From Kitasatospora sp. NPDC096147 (lineage in GTDB: Bacteria; Actinomycetota; Actinomycetes; Streptomycetales; Streptomycetaceae): 64,000 nt of DNA. The notes beneath the pieces were generated by a model, which was given only the letters and a program-made list of their open reading frames with translations, did not search any database and was not told where the DNA came from. The DNA is taken from assembly GCF_044763225.1 (NCBI RefSeq), contig NZ_JBIWFX010000002.1, positions 487,080 through 551,079 of the forward strand. The letters run 5' to 3'. How positions within the stretch are numbered: position 1 is the first letter of the stretch; each line of letters opens with the position of its first letter. A program made the translations under genes and the position numbers. Below, piece after piece: positions 27,643 to 37,381 of this stretch.

Positions 27643-30600
27643 ATGAGCCGACAGCTCCGCCCCGCCGACGCGTCGTCAGCCACCCGCTCGGGCCGACCCG
27701 CCGCACCTGCGGTGCCAGGCCGCTCCCGCCGGGCCGGAATCGGCCGCCGAATGGCCGCCGTGCTCGCCACCGGGCTGCTGATCGGCTGGAATTCACCCCT
27801 GCTCGGCCCGGCGGCCGTGGCCCAGCAGACACCCGACTCGTGGTCCGCCGAACGCCGGGCCGCACTGCCTTCCGGACTGCGGGTGCAGCTGGATTTCTCC
27901 CCCCTCCCGGGAGTGACCGCGAAAGGCGCTACCGGAAAGCTCGCCACCGGCGGTGGCGGGTACGCCGACGGACTGCGCGGCGGTGATCCGGCCACCGCGT
28001 TCGAACTCGGGCTGGAACGGCCCACCGCGGACGGTTCCTGGCGCACCCTCGGAACGCTCCAGCTGTCCTTCTCCGGGCCGGTGCGCAATCCCCGGCTGCA
28101 CCTGAGCGGCCTGGCCGCGCAGGCCACCGGACGGAACGGCAGCACCTCCACGGTGAGCCGGCTGACCGTCACGGGCGGCAGCCCGAGCGCCCCCAGCCTG
28201 GTCGCCCGCACCGACTGGCCGGGCTGGACGGTCTCGGACAACGCCCTCACCCCGGCCGACGCCGGGGAGGGGGCCGAGGTCGCCCAGGGACCGGGGCAGG
28301 GCACCGTCGAACTCTCCGGCACCGTCTCCACGGTGACCTTCCGACTGGAGCAGCGCAGCACCGCCCGGGGCGGCTCGGCGCCCGCCCCCGCCGCGCTCCG
28401 GCAGGCGTACACGGTGACCCTGGACGAGGGCGTCGGCAGCGCGCCGCAGGGCTACACCAACGCCTCGCACCTGGTCTCCGACCTCTTCCTCGGCCGCACC
28501 GCCACCCCCGGGGCGCGGCCCGCCACCGCCACCGTGGCCCGGCCGCTGGTGCCGGAGGGCCCGGCCGGCCCGCAGGAGCCCGAGGCGGTGCTCGAACGCT
28601 CCCAGCCGATGGTCGAGTTGGACGGCGGCGAATCCCGCCGCAGCACCTTCGAACGGCCGAGCGCCGGCGGCCCGCAGCCCGGCCGGGGCGACTACCAGGG
28701 CCCCGACCCGACGGTGGACCTCCCCGCCGAGGCCGCGATCGGGCGCTACTACACCGCCACCGTCCCGGTCGCCGCCGCCTCCGGGCCGGCCACCCTGGCG
28801 GGCTGGATCGACTTCGACCACAACGGACGGTTCGACGCCACCGAGCGGGTGCAGGCGGAGGTGACGCCCGGTCAGCGGGCCGCCCGGCTGGAGTGGATCG
28901 TGCCGGGCAACGCGGCGGCGGGGGAGACCTGGGCCCGGCTCCGGCTCGCCCACGCGGCGGCCCAGGTGGTCAACCCGGGCGGCTTCGCCGACTCCGGCGA
29001 GGTGCTCGACCAGAAGGTCCGGCTCACCGTGGGCGCCGCCCGGCCGGAGATCACCGGACCGGTCAGCGGCAGCGTGCTGGCCGACGCCCGCCCGGAGATC
29101 CGGGGCGAGGCCGGGGTCGCCGGGGCCACCGTCGCGGTGCTGGAGGGCGAGCGCGAACTCTGCCGCGCCACCGTCGCCCGGGACGGCGGCTGGGCCTGCC
29201 GGCCCGACCAGCCGCTCCGGAGCGGTGAGCACGTCCTGGTGCCGGTGGAGACCACCCGGGGCGGGGTGGTGCTGCGCGGCGAGGAGATCCGACTCACCGT
29301 CAAGACCGATCCACCGCGCGCCCCGCAGTTCACCCTGCCCGAGTACACCAACGACCCCGGCCTACTGCTCACCGGCACCGCCGACCCCGGCACCACCGTC
29401 TCGGTGGTGGACGCCCCCCGCGGGCCCGGGGCCGACCGGGCGGCCGGTGAGCTGTGCAGCTCCGCCACCCAGGACGACGGCACCTGGTCCTGCCTCCCGG
29501 TCGAGAACCTCGCCGACGGCCCCCACCAGCTCACCGCCGCCGCCACCGACGGCGCGGGCAACCGCACGGCCGGCAAGCCCGTCCCGCTGGTGGTCGACAC
29601 CGTCGCCCCGCCCCGCCCCCAACTCGGCTCCCCCGCCTCCGGAGCCGTCCTCGACACCGCCCGCCCCCGCCTCACCGGGCGCGCCGAGCCCGGCTCCACC
29701 GTCACCGTCACCGCCCGGCCCCGGGCGGCGGGAGAGCGGTTCGTGCTCTGCACCGCCGTCACCGGGGCGGACGGGGCCTGGAGCTGCACGGCGGCCCGGG
29801 ACCTCGCGGAGGGCGCGTGGTCGGTGGTGGTCACGGCCACCGACCGGGCGGGGAACACGGCTTCGGCGGACGCGGCCGACCTGACGGTCCGTCCGACGGC
29901 GGTGTCGCCGTCGCCGTCGGAGGCTCCGGTCGAGTCGCCGTCGCCCTCGCCGTCCGGTGCGCCGTCGCCCTCGCCCTCGCCGTCCGCTTCGCCGTCCCCG
30001 TCGCCCTCGCCGTCTCCGTCTTCGTCTCCGTCGCCTTCACCGGAGCCGACTCCCTCCGCGTCACCCTCGGAGAGTTCGTCCGTGTCGGCTTCACCGTCCG
30101 TCTCGGCCTCCGCCGTGGCCGCCGGGTCCCCGTCGGCCTCGACCTCTCCCGAGGCGCCCCCCGCTTCGCCGTCCGTCTCGCCGTCCGGGCCGACCGAAGC
30201 CGGCACCCTCCCGCTGCCGTCCGGTTCGCCGTCGCTGCTCCCGATGGTGCCGGCCTCCGCTCAGCCGAGCCCGTCCGGTGAGCCGGTCGAACCTCCCTTC
30301 ACCGAGCCGGTGTTGACCCCCGACGAGCTGGCCGTGATCGTGCCCATCGTGGTGCCCGGGGGCGGTACTGACCCCTCGCCGCCGGACGCTTCCCCGTCGG
30401 CCTCCCCCGCCGTGCCGACGGTGTCCGCTCCGGCCGCACCGTCGCCTGCGGTCCCCGTGGAGCCGTCGGCCTCGGCCTCCCCGTCCGCCACGCCATCGGA
30501 ATCGGGCGGCCCGGTCTCGGCCAAGCCCTCGGCCTCTCCGTCCACCACCCCGGAACCGGGTGGCCCGGTCTCCTCGGAGTCGGCCGTTCCGGTGGCCGCG

Positions 30601-31152
30601 CCCTCGTCGGAACCAGCGGCCCCGGTCGTGTCGGCCACTCCCACGATCTCCACGCCGTCGCCGTCGGTGACTCCGTCCGCGCCGAGCGACACGCGGACCG
30701 ACGCGCCGTCAGTTACGCCATCCGTGGCGGTGGTTCCGCCCGCATCTCCGGCTGCCTCCGCCGAGGCGTCGCCATCGGCCACCCCGTCGCCGTCGCCTTC
30801 CCCCTCGACCCTTTCGTCCCCGTCCCCGTCGGCCTCTCCGTCCCCGCACGTGTCGGCCTCCGCCGCCGGTGCCACCTCGGTGGCCGTGTCCCCGGAGCCG
30901 GGCGGCGCTCCGGCGGACGAGGCCCCGGTGATCGAGGCGGCCGGGCCGCCGGCACCGGCTGCGGAGCCGGCACCCTCGCCCAGTGAGACCGGGCCCGAGT
31001 CGCGGAACCTGGCCGCCCCGCCGGTCGGCGCCATGAGCGAGGCGGAGAGTTGGCGGACCGGGGCCTTCGGGCTGCTGCTCGTGGCGACCGCGCTGGGTCT
31101 GCTGGCCAAGCGAGTGCTCAGCCGGGGCAGCGGCGGGCGACGACGCCGCTGA
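27643..31152 (+). CDS. Large secreted cell-surface protein: signal peptide, GEVED-like domain, repeated bacterial Ig-like domains, ~400-aa Ser/Pro/Ala-rich stalk, C-terminal hydrophobic anchor with basic tail
   Basis: A GAAGGAGAG RBS precedes the ATG at 27643. The signal peptide is ...LLIGWNSPLLGPAAVA. GEVLDQKV marks the GEVED-type end. TATDRAGNTASA-type Ig repeats recur. The stalk is (SPSPSPSA)n with nucleotide-level tandem repeats around 29.9-30.1 kb. The C-terminus ends GAFGLLLVATALGLLAKRVLSRGSGGRRRR. Confidence 0.7.
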   Translation: MSRQLRPADASSATRSGRPAAPAVPGRSRRAGIGRRMAAVLATGLLIGWNSPLLGPAAVAQQTPDSWSAERRAALPSGLRVQLDFSPLPGVTAKGATGKLATGGGGYADGLRGGDPATAFELGLERPTADGSWRTLGTLQLSFSGPVRNPRLHLSGLAAQATGRNGSTSTVSRLTVTGGSPSAPSLVARTDWPGWTVSDNALTPADAGEGAEVAQGPGQGTVELSGTVSTVTFRLEQRSTARGGSAPAPAALRQAYTVTLDEGVGSAPQGYTNASHLVSDLFLGRTATPGARPATATVARPLVPEGPAGPQEPEAVLERSQPMVELDGGESRRSTFERPSAGGPQPGRGDYQGPDPTVDLPAEAAIGRYYTATVPVAAASGPATLAGWIDFDHNGRFDATERVQAEVTPGQRAARLEWIVPGNAAAGETWARLRLAHAAAQVVNPGGFADSGEVLDQKVRLTVGAARPEITGPVSGSVLADARPEIRGEAGVAGATVAVLEGERELCRATVARDGGWACRPDQPLRSGEHVLVPVETTRGGVVLRGEEIRLTVKTDPPRAPQFTLPEYTNDPGLLLTGTADPGTTVSVVDAPRGPGADRAAGELCSSATQDDGTWSCLPVENLADGPHQLTAAATDGAGNRTAGKPVPLVVDTVAPPRPQLGSPASGAVLDTARPRLTGRAEPGSTVTVTARPRAAGERFVLCTAVTGADGAWSCTAARDLAEGAWSVVVTATDRAGNTASADAADLTVRPTAVSPSPSEAPVESPSPSPSGAPSPSPSPSASPSPSPSPSPSSSPSPSPEPTPSASPSESSSVSASPSVSASAVAAGSPSASTSPEAPPASPSVSPSGPTEAGTLPLPSGSPSLLPMVPASAQPSPSGEPVEPPFTEPVLTPDELAVIVPIVVPGGGTDPSPPDASPSASPAVPTVSAPAAPSPAVPVEPSASASPSATPSESGGPVSAKPSASPSTTPEPGGPVSSESAVPVAAPSSEPAAPVVSATPTISTPSPSVTPSAPSDTRTDAPSVTPSVAVVPPASPAASAEASPSATPSPSPSPSTLSSPSPSASPSPHVSASAAGATSVAVSPEPGGAPADEAPVIEAAGPPAPAAEPAPSPSETGPESRNLAAPPVGAMSEAESWRTGAFGLLLVATALGLLAKRVLSRGSGGRRRR

Positions 31153-31162
31153 GCTGCGGAAT

Positions 31163-31192
31163 CTGACGGCGCGTCGCCCGACGCGCCGTCAG
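31163..31192 (+). terminator. 14-bp stem-loop downstream of the surface-protein gene
   Basis: ctgacggcgcgtcg-cc-cgacgcgccgtcag. Confidence 0.5.
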
Positions 31193-31319
31193 ATATGCTC
31201 GACACGCCACGCCGCTTATGTCGCATTTGATGACTTATCAACCTAGCCTGAACTCGGCACCGCCCGACCCGTTCCGGGCCGCCCGTTGCGCGACACACCG
31301 ACCCTCAAGGAACCCGTGC

Positions 31320-32681
31320 ATGGACGTCACCCGTGAACCCTCCCCGCGCCCCGAGAGCTGGCCGCCCGCTCTCCCGGGCCGTCCCGAACTGCTGCGGAGC
31401 GGTGGCGCCACGCCGCTCAGCCGGGCGGTGGCCGGTGCGGTCGCCCGTCCGCTGATCAAGGTGCATCCGGTCGCCGCCGAGGAGCAGGCCGCCGCCGCGC
31501 CGTCCCCCGCCGCGCCGATCGCCGACCGGGCGGCCGACGCCACGCCGACCGCTGACCCGCAGGCGCCCACCGTGGAGATCGCCACGCCGGTCGCCACGCC
31601 GGTCGCCACGCCGGTCGACGCGCCGGCCGCCACGCCGATCGCCGACCCGCCCACCGTGGAGGGCGCAGCCGTCACCGGGGTGGCCACCGAGGGTCGGGCC
31701 GCCCGTCGCCCGCCCCGTGCCGATGCCAATCTCCGGGAGTTCCGGGCCCGTTCGCTGCCGGGCTGGCTCGCCCTGCTGGTGCTGCTGACCGGGGTGGCCG
31801 GGGTCCTGCTGGTGCTGGCCCGGGCCGGAGTGCTCCCGCACCTGGCCGGCCTGCCGGACCTCCGCAGCGAGGCTGCCAGGCGGAGCGGGAGTCCCGAGGT
31901 CACCGCCGGTTCGGTGGCGGCGGTCGCCGCCGCCGGTCTGACGGTGGTCCTCGTCCTCGCCGGCCTGCTGGCCAACGCGGGCGGCGAGACCCGGGTGCTG
32001 ACCCGGTGGGGCAGGTACCGGGGCACCGTCCGCCGTACCGGCCTGCTCTGGGTCAACCCGCTGTTCCGCCGCCGCCGGGTGGACGTCCGGCTCCGGCACT
32101 GGCGCAGCGAGCCGGTCCACGTCACCGACCGCACCGGTACCCCGATCGTGGTCCGGCTGCTGATCGTCTGGCGGGTGCGGGACACCGCCCGGGCCGCCCT
32201 CGGGATCGCCGAGCACGAGGCGTACCTGCGGGAGCAGGTGCACGCGGTGCTCACCCGGACCGCGAGTGCCCTGCCCTGTGACTCCAACTCCGCGCCGGGG
32301 CCCGCCCTCCGGGACGGTCACTGGTTCGCCGACGAGCTCACCCGAGCGCTGGCCGCCGAGGTGGCCCCGGCCGGGATCGAGGCGTACTCGGTGCAGCCGA
32401 TCTCGCTGGACTACGCGCCCGAGGTGGCCGACTCGATGCGCCGCCGCCGGCTCGCCGACCTGGACGCGGGGCTGCGCACCGTGATGGTGGACGACGCGGT
32501 GGAGGCCGCCGCGCTGGCCGTCCGTCGCCTGGAGCGGGCCACCGCCCACGAGTTGGACGAGGCGGCTCGCAGCGCGCTGATGGAGCACCTGCTGGTCGCC
32601 TTCGTGGCCCCCGCCGGGGTGTCCGCCCCCGTGCCGTCCCCGGCCGTCCGGGCCGGGCGCAAGGAAGGAAAGCGCGCGTGA
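31320..32681 (+). CDS. Membrane-anchored SPFH/band-7 domain protein with Ala/Pro-rich N-terminal region
   Basis: TM segment WLALLVLLTGVAGVLLVLA is followed by an SPFH-like core (VNPLFRRRRVDVRLRHW...VVRLLIVWRVRD...). Confidence 0.55.
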   Translation: MDVTREPSPRPESWPPALPGRPELLRSGGATPLSRAVAGAVARPLIKVHPVAAEEQAAAAPSPAAPIADRAADATPTADPQAPTVEIATPVATPVATPVDAPAATPIADPPTVEGAAVTGVATEGRAARRPPRADANLREFRARSLPGWLALLVLLTGVAGVLLVLARAGVLPHLAGLPDLRSEAARRSGSPEVTAGSVAAVAAAGLTVVLVLAGLLANAGGETRVLTRWGRYRGTVRRTGLLWVNPLFRRRRVDVRLRHWRSEPVHVTDRTGTPIVVRLLIVWRVRDTARAALGIAEHEAYLREQVHAVLTRTASALPCDSNSAPGPALRDGHWFADELTRALAAEVAPAGIEAYSVQPISLDYAPEVADSMRRRRLADLDAGLRTVMVDDAVEAAALAVRRLERATAHELDEAARSALMEHLLVAFVAPAGVSAPVPSPAVRAGRKEGKRA

Positions 32682-33586
32682 AGACAGCCACCGACCCCGA
32701 CCTGATCGGCTTCTCCGAGGTCGCCGTGGAGGACGCCGCGTGCGGGTGTCCGCCCTGCCGGCAGCAGGCCCGGCGGCAGGAGGCCGCCGCCCGGTCGGCG
32801 GCGGATCCGGGGCGAATACACCGGGCGGTGCGCGCCACCTGCGTGGCGACCACGGTGCTGGCCGGTGCCGGCACGGTCGGCCTCGGTCTGGGCGCCGCGA
32901 ACGCCAGCGCGGCTGCGGGCACCCAGGGTTGGGACGGCTCGAAGTACTGGTTCAAGAACGCCTCGGGCGAGTGGCGCTACACCAGCCACCTCTCCGTCTA
33001 CCAGGCCAGGACCGGCAGCGCCCCGGACCGTACGGTCAACTCCGGTGGCATCAAGCAGGGTTGGGACGGCTCCAGGTACTGGTTCAAGAACGCCGCCGGT
33101 GAGTGGCGCTGGACCAGCCACCTCTCCGTCTACACCTCCCGTACCGGTACGTCCCAGCCGCAGCAGCCGAAGCCCCCGACGCCGCAGCCGACCCCACAGC
33201 CGACGCCGCAGCCGCCCGCGTCCTCCTCGGTCGAGACGGCCATCGCCTACGCCACCGCCCAGCTCGGCAAGCCCTACGTCTGGGGCGGCAACGGCCCCTC
33301 CGGATACGACTGTTCGGGCCTGGTGCAGCAGGCCTACCGCCGGGCCGGCGTCTCGCTGCCCCGGGTGGCCGACGACCAGTACGCCGCCACCACGCCGGTG
33401 AGCGCCGGCCAACTCCGGCGCGGTGACCTGCTGTTCTGGTCCAACAGCAGCCGCGCCTCAGGCATCCACCACGTGGGCATCTACCTGGGCGACGGTACGT
33501 TCCTGGAGGCGGCCCGTCCAGGTACCACGATCCGGATCTCCACCCTCAGCAAGGGCTACTTCCCGACCCATCTCGGCCGTCCCTGA
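32678..33586 (+). CDS. NlpC/P60-family peptidoglycan hydrolase with two W-rich repeats and a PTPQ linker
   Basis: The GTG start overlaps the upstream stop. GWDGS(K/R)YWFKNA.GEWR.TSHLSVY is repeated twice. The C-terminal papain-like core has YVWGGNGPSGYDCSGLVQQAY and a HHVGIYLGDG block (Cys and His present). Confidence 0.8.
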   Translation: MKTATDPDLIGFSEVAVEDAACGCPPCRQQARRQEAAARSAADPGRIHRAVRATCVATTVLAGAGTVGLGLGAANASAAAGTQGWDGSKYWFKNASGEWRYTSHLSVYQARTGSAPDRTVNSGGIKQGWDGSRYWFKNAAGEWRWTSHLSVYTSRTGTSQPQQPKPPTPQPTPQPTPQPPASSSVETAIAYATAQLGKPYVWGGNGPSGYDCSGLVQQAYRRAGVSLPRVADDQYAATTPVSAGQLRRGDLLFWSNSSRASGIHHVGIYLGDGTFLEAARPGTTIRISTLSKGYFPTHLGRP

Positions 33587-33638
33587 CCGGTCGGTCGACC
33601 ACCCGGTCGGTCGAGCGCCCGGCAGGTCGAGCACCCGG

Positions 33639-33671
33639 CCGGGCGTGGGGCACCAGCCGCCCCACGCCCGG
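33639..33671. terminator. 12-bp stem-loop between convergent NlpC/P60 and aldo/keto reductase genes, followed by a 15-bp direct repeat x2
   Basis: ccgggcgtgggg-caccagccg-ccccacgcccgg. Then ggccgaccgccgcatgg occurs twice. Confidence 0.5.
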
Positions 33672-33717
33672 CCGACCGCCGCATGGCCGACCGCCGCATG
33701 GCCGATCGGCCGACCGC

Positions 33718-34692
33718 TCAGCCGACCGCCGACGCGGCCTCCAGCAGCTCCAGCTCCTCCGCCGTCAGCTCCAGCCGCACGCCCGCCAGCAGGGCCGGCA
33801 GCTGCTCCACCGTCCGGGCGCTGGCGATCGGCGCCGCGACGGTCGGCTGCGCCGCCACCCAGGCCAGCGCCACGCTGGCGAGCTCCGCCCCGCGCTCCCC
33901 GGCGATCCGGTCCAGCGCGTCCAGCACGTCCAGGCCCCGACCCTCCGTCAGGTAGCGGGAGGCGCCGACCGCGCGGGCGCTCGCCACCTCCGGGCCACCC
34001 GGCCGGTACTTGCCGGTCAGGAAGCCGGAGGCCAGCGCGTAGTACGGCACGGCGGCCAGCCCGTGGTCGGCCACCACCTTCGCCAGCCCGCCCTCGTAGG
34101 TGCCGCGCGAGACCAGGCTGTAGTTCGGCTGCACCGCGACGTAGGCCGCCAGGCCCTCGGCGGCGGAGTGCTCCAGCGACTCGGCCAGCCGGTCCGCGCC
34201 GATGTTGGAGGCGGCCACCGCCCGCACCTTGCCCTCCTTGACCAGCTCGTCCAGCACGCCGACGATCTCGGCCACCGGCGTGCCGAGGTCGTCCCGGTGG
34301 GTGTAGAGCAGGTCGATGTGGTCCAGGCCGAGCCGGCGCAGCGACGCCTCGGTGGCCGAGCGCACGGTGGCCGCCGAGAGGCCCTCCGCCTCCGGGTGCG
34401 CGCCGACCTTGGTGGCGACCACCACGCCGTCCCGGCCGCCCCGCGTGCGCAGCCACTCGCCGATGATCACCTCGGACTCGCCGCCGGTGTTGCCCGGCAC
34501 CCAGGCCGAGTAGACGTCGGCGGTGTCCACGAAGTTGCCGCCGGCCGCCGCGTAGGCGTCCAGCACGGCGAAGGAGGCGTCCCGGTCGGCGGTCCAGCCG
34601 AAGACGTTGCCGCCGAGCGCGAGCCGGGAGACGGAGAGGTCCGAGGCACCGAGGGTCACCCGGTGGGGAGCGTCACTGAGGATGTCGGTCAT
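33718..34692 (-). CDS. Aldo/keto reductase
   Basis: Starts at MTDIL. AKR signature blocks are GGNVFGW, YSAW and LYTHRDD. Confidence 0.85.
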   Translation of the reverse strand: MTDILSDAPHRVTLGASDLSVSRLALGGNVFGWTADRDASFAVLDAYAAAGGNFVDTADVYSAWVPGNTGGESEVIIGEWLRTRGGRDGVVVATKVGAHPEAEGLSAATVRSATEASLRRLGLDHIDLLYTHRDDLGTPVAEIVGVLDELVKEGKVRAVAASNIGADRLAESLEHSAAEGLAAYVAVQPNYSLVSRGTYEGGLAKVVADHGLAAVPYYALASGFLTGKYRPGGPEVASARAVGASRYLTEGRGLDVLDALDRIAGERGAELASVALAWVAAQPTVAAPIASARTVEQLPALLAGVRLELTAEELELLEAASAVG

Positions 34693-34846
34693 GGGGCGAT
34701 CCAACCCCACCGCGCCCGGGTCCGCGCGGGTTCTCCACACCTCTTCACAGGGCCGTCGTACGCCCGTAGCAGTGCACCCACCGGCCGCCACGAACGAGGG
34801 GGTCCGGGGTGTCCCACGACCTGCGGAGTTGGCTAGAGTCCGTGCC

Positions 34847-35047
34847 ATGGCTGACAACGACTACGACCCCGCCGGCAGCACCCAGATGTTCCGGGCCTTC
34901 GTCGACGAGACCCCGGCGCCGCAGGCCCCCGGTTCGGTGACCACCTACGGCAGCTCGGGCGGCAGCAGCCGCACCGGCCTGGTGATCGGCCTCACCGTGC
35001 TCGGCCTCGCGATCCTCGGCGCCGTCATCTGGCTGGCCGTCAAGTGA
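34847..35047 (+). CDS. Small membrane protein (66 aa) with single C-terminal TM helix
   Basis: ATG start. The C-terminus is LVIGLTVLGLAILGAVIWLAVK. Confidence 0.4.
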   Translation: MADNDYDPAGSTQMFRAFVDETPAPQAPGSVTTYGSSGGSSRTGLVIGLTVLGLAILGAVIWLAVK

Positions 35048-35257
35048 CCTCCGCGTAGCGGCACGTCGCTCCACGGGCCGCCCCGCCGGCCCGGTCGTGC
35101 CGCTACGCACCGGCCTGCCGTCGCGCACCGGCCCGGTCGTCCTGCCCGCCTTCCCGCCGGGCCGACGGCCGGGGCACCCTCCGGGGTACGGAGCCGCGCC
35201 AGCCTAGACTGGCGCGGAAGACCCGTACGCCTGTTCCAGCATGCCCCGGAGGCCCCC

Positions 35258-36142
35258 GTGACCCAGTCGATCGAGCAAGCCCGCAGCCTCGGACTGGCCG
35301 GTGCCTCCAACGCCCGCGACCTCGGCGGCTACCGCACCGAGGACGGCTCGCTGGTCCGCTCCGGCGTGGCGCTGCGCGCCGACGCGCTGCACCGGCTGAC
35401 CGAGCAGGACGGCGCCGCGCTCCTGGCCGCGGGGGTGCGCCGGGTGGTCGACCTGCGCAGCTTCGGCGAGGTCCGGGAGGCCGGCGCGGACCGGATCCCC
35501 GGCCTGCCGGTGGCCGCCCTGCCCGAGCTGGAGCAGGCCGAGCTGTCCGCCACCGCGCTCACCGTGGACGGCGAGCTGACGCTCCACCACCTGCCGGTCT
35601 TCGCCGCCGACTTCGACGTCTACGTGGCCCTGCGCGACGCGCTGGCCGACCGCGACCCGGCCCGCCAGCGGGAGCTGCTCGGCGACGGCCGGGCGGCCGG
35701 CATCATGATCGGCCTCTACCGCTGGTTCGTCACCTCCCCGGTGGCCCGCGAGCGGTTCGCCGAGGTGCTCCGGCTGCTGGCCGCACCGGACGGAGTGCCG
35801 CTGCTCTTCCACTGCTCGGCCGGCAAGGACCGCACCGGCTGGGTGGCCGCCCTCGCCCTCACCGCGCTCGGCGTGGACCGCGAGACGGTCTACCAGGACT
35901 ACCTGCTCACCAACGAGCGCTCCGCCAAGGTGGTCGACCACCTGATGGAGAGCTTCGGCACCTCCGGCCTGATGGCCGACCCCTCGCTGCTGCTGCCGGT
36001 GCTCCGGGCCGATCGCGCCTTCCTGGACGCCGCCTTCGCCGAGGTCGAGGCCGGCTGGGACGACTTCGGGCACTTCTGGCGGGACGGCCTCGGCCTGGAC
36101 GACGCCGTGCTGGCCGGGCTGCGCGCCAACCTGCTGGCCTGA
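35258..36142 (+). CDS. Protein-tyrosine phosphatase (Y_phosphatase3-like, CX5R P-loop)
   Basis: The HCSAGKDRTG P-loop is present. Confidence 0.75.
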   Translation: MTQSIEQARSLGLAGASNARDLGGYRTEDGSLVRSGVALRADALHRLTEQDGAALLAAGVRRVVDLRSFGEVREAGADRIPGLPVAALPELEQAELSATALTVDGELTLHHLPVFAADFDVYVALRDALADRDPARQRELLGDGRAAGIMIGLYRWFVTSPVARERFAEVLRLLAAPDGVPLLFHCSAGKDRTGWVAALALTALGVDRETVYQDYLLTNERSAKVVDHLMESFGTSGLMADPSLLLPVLRADRAFLDAAFAEVEAGWDDFGHFWRDGLGLDDAVLAGLRANLLA

Positions 36143-36185
36143 GCGGGCCCGCCCGCCCGGCGGATCGACCGGGCGGGCAGCCCGG

Positions 36186-37223
36186 CTACTCGCTGATCAG
36201 CCCGTTCCGCAGCTGGGTCAGGGTCTTGGTGAGCAGCCGCGAGACGTGCATCTGCGAGATGCCGATCTCCTCGCCGATCTGAGACTGCGTCAGCCCGCCG
36301 AAGAACCGGAGCATGATGATCCGGCGCTCGCGCGGTGGCAGCTTGGCCAGCAGTGGTTTGAGCGACTCGCGGTACTCGACGCCCTCCAGCGCCAAGTCCT
36401 CGTAGCCCAGCCGGTCGGCCAGCGGCCCGTCGCCGTCCTCCTCGCCGGGTGTGGAGTCCAGCGAGGAGGCGGTGTACGCGTTCCCCACCGCCAGGCCCTC
36501 GACCACGTCCTCCTCGCTGACGCCGAGGAAGACCGCGAGCTCGGCCACGGTGGGCGAGCGGTCCAGCTTCTGCGAGAGCTCGTCGCCGGCCTTGGTCAGC
36601 GCCAGCCGCAGCTCCTGGAGCCGCCGGGGCACCCGGACCGACCAGCTGGTGTCCCGGAAGAAGCGCTTGATCTCGCCGACCACGGTCGGCATCGCGAAGG
36701 TCGGGAACTCCACCCCGCGCTCCGGGTCGAAGCGGTCGATCGCCTTGATCAGGCCGATGGTGCCGACCTGGACGATGTCCTCCATCGGCTCGTTCCGGCT
36801 GCGGAAGCGGGCGGAGGCGTACCTGACAAGCGGAAGGTTGAGCTCGATCAGGGTGTCTCGGACGTAGGTGTGCTCGTCGCTCCCTGCCTCCAGCCCGGCC
36901 AGCCGGGCGAACAGCGAGCGGGACAGCGTCCGGGTGTCCAGGCCCTTCTCGGGAGCCCTCGCGGCCGCCTGTCCGGGGTCGTCCTGTCCGGCGGTGTCCT
37001 GCGCGGGGGCGTCCTGCCCGGTCGGCTCCCCGGCGGTCGGGTGGGCCGGTGCCGGGTGGGCCTGGGCCGGGTGGGCCTGGGTCGGGTGGGCCTGGGTCGG
37101 CTGGGTGGGGATGCCCACCACGACCGTCTCCGGCCCGGGTGCCGTCCCCGGCTGCGGCACTGCCACCGACGCGAGCGTGACGGCCGTGCCGTGGCCCTCC
37201 GCGCTGCCCAGTTCTGCGGACAT
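36186..37223 (-). CDS. Group 3 (SigB/SigF-type) RNA polymerase sigma factor with Pro/Thr/Gln-rich N-terminal extension
   Basis: Region 2 is [19 protein letters not shown] and region 4 is [30 protein letters not shown]. The N-terminus carries a QAHP-type repeat. Confidence 0.8.
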   Translation of the reverse strand: MSAELGSAEGHGTAVTLASVAVPQPGTAPGPETVVVGIPTQPTQAHPTQAHPAQAHPAPAHPTAGEPTGQDAPAQDTAGQDDPGQAAARAPEKGLDTRTLSRSLFARLAGLEAGSDEHTYVRDTLIELNLPLVRYASARFRSRNEPMEDIVQVGTIGLIKAIDRFDPERGVEFPTFAMPTVVGEIKRFFRDTSWSVRVPRRLQELRLALTKAGDELSQKLDRSPTVAELAVFLGVSEEDVVEGLAVGNAYTASSLDSTPGEEDGDGPLADRLGYEDLALEGVEYRESLKPLLAKLPPRERRIIMLRFFGGLTQSQIGEEIGISQMHVSRLLTKTLTQLRNGLISE

Positions 37224-37381
37224 GCTCCACCCCCTCGTGACCGACTGTACAACGGGCACTACCCAGCGACAGTTCCCGCCGTCGGACTACCCCTCCAGCT
37301 CCATACCGGCCCAGGAGCCCCGGCAAACCCGAACGTCGCAAGATGTCACGCCGCAGTGACGCACGGCTACCCACCCGGACG

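Noticed and set aside
31000-31152. Possible sortase (LAXTG) sorting signal at the C-terminus of the large surface protein
   Set aside because: - The C-terminus has a hydrophobic helix plus Arg-rich tail, but no LAXTG/LPXTG pentapeptide precedes it (nearest is LAAPPVG).
- It is called a membrane anchor only.
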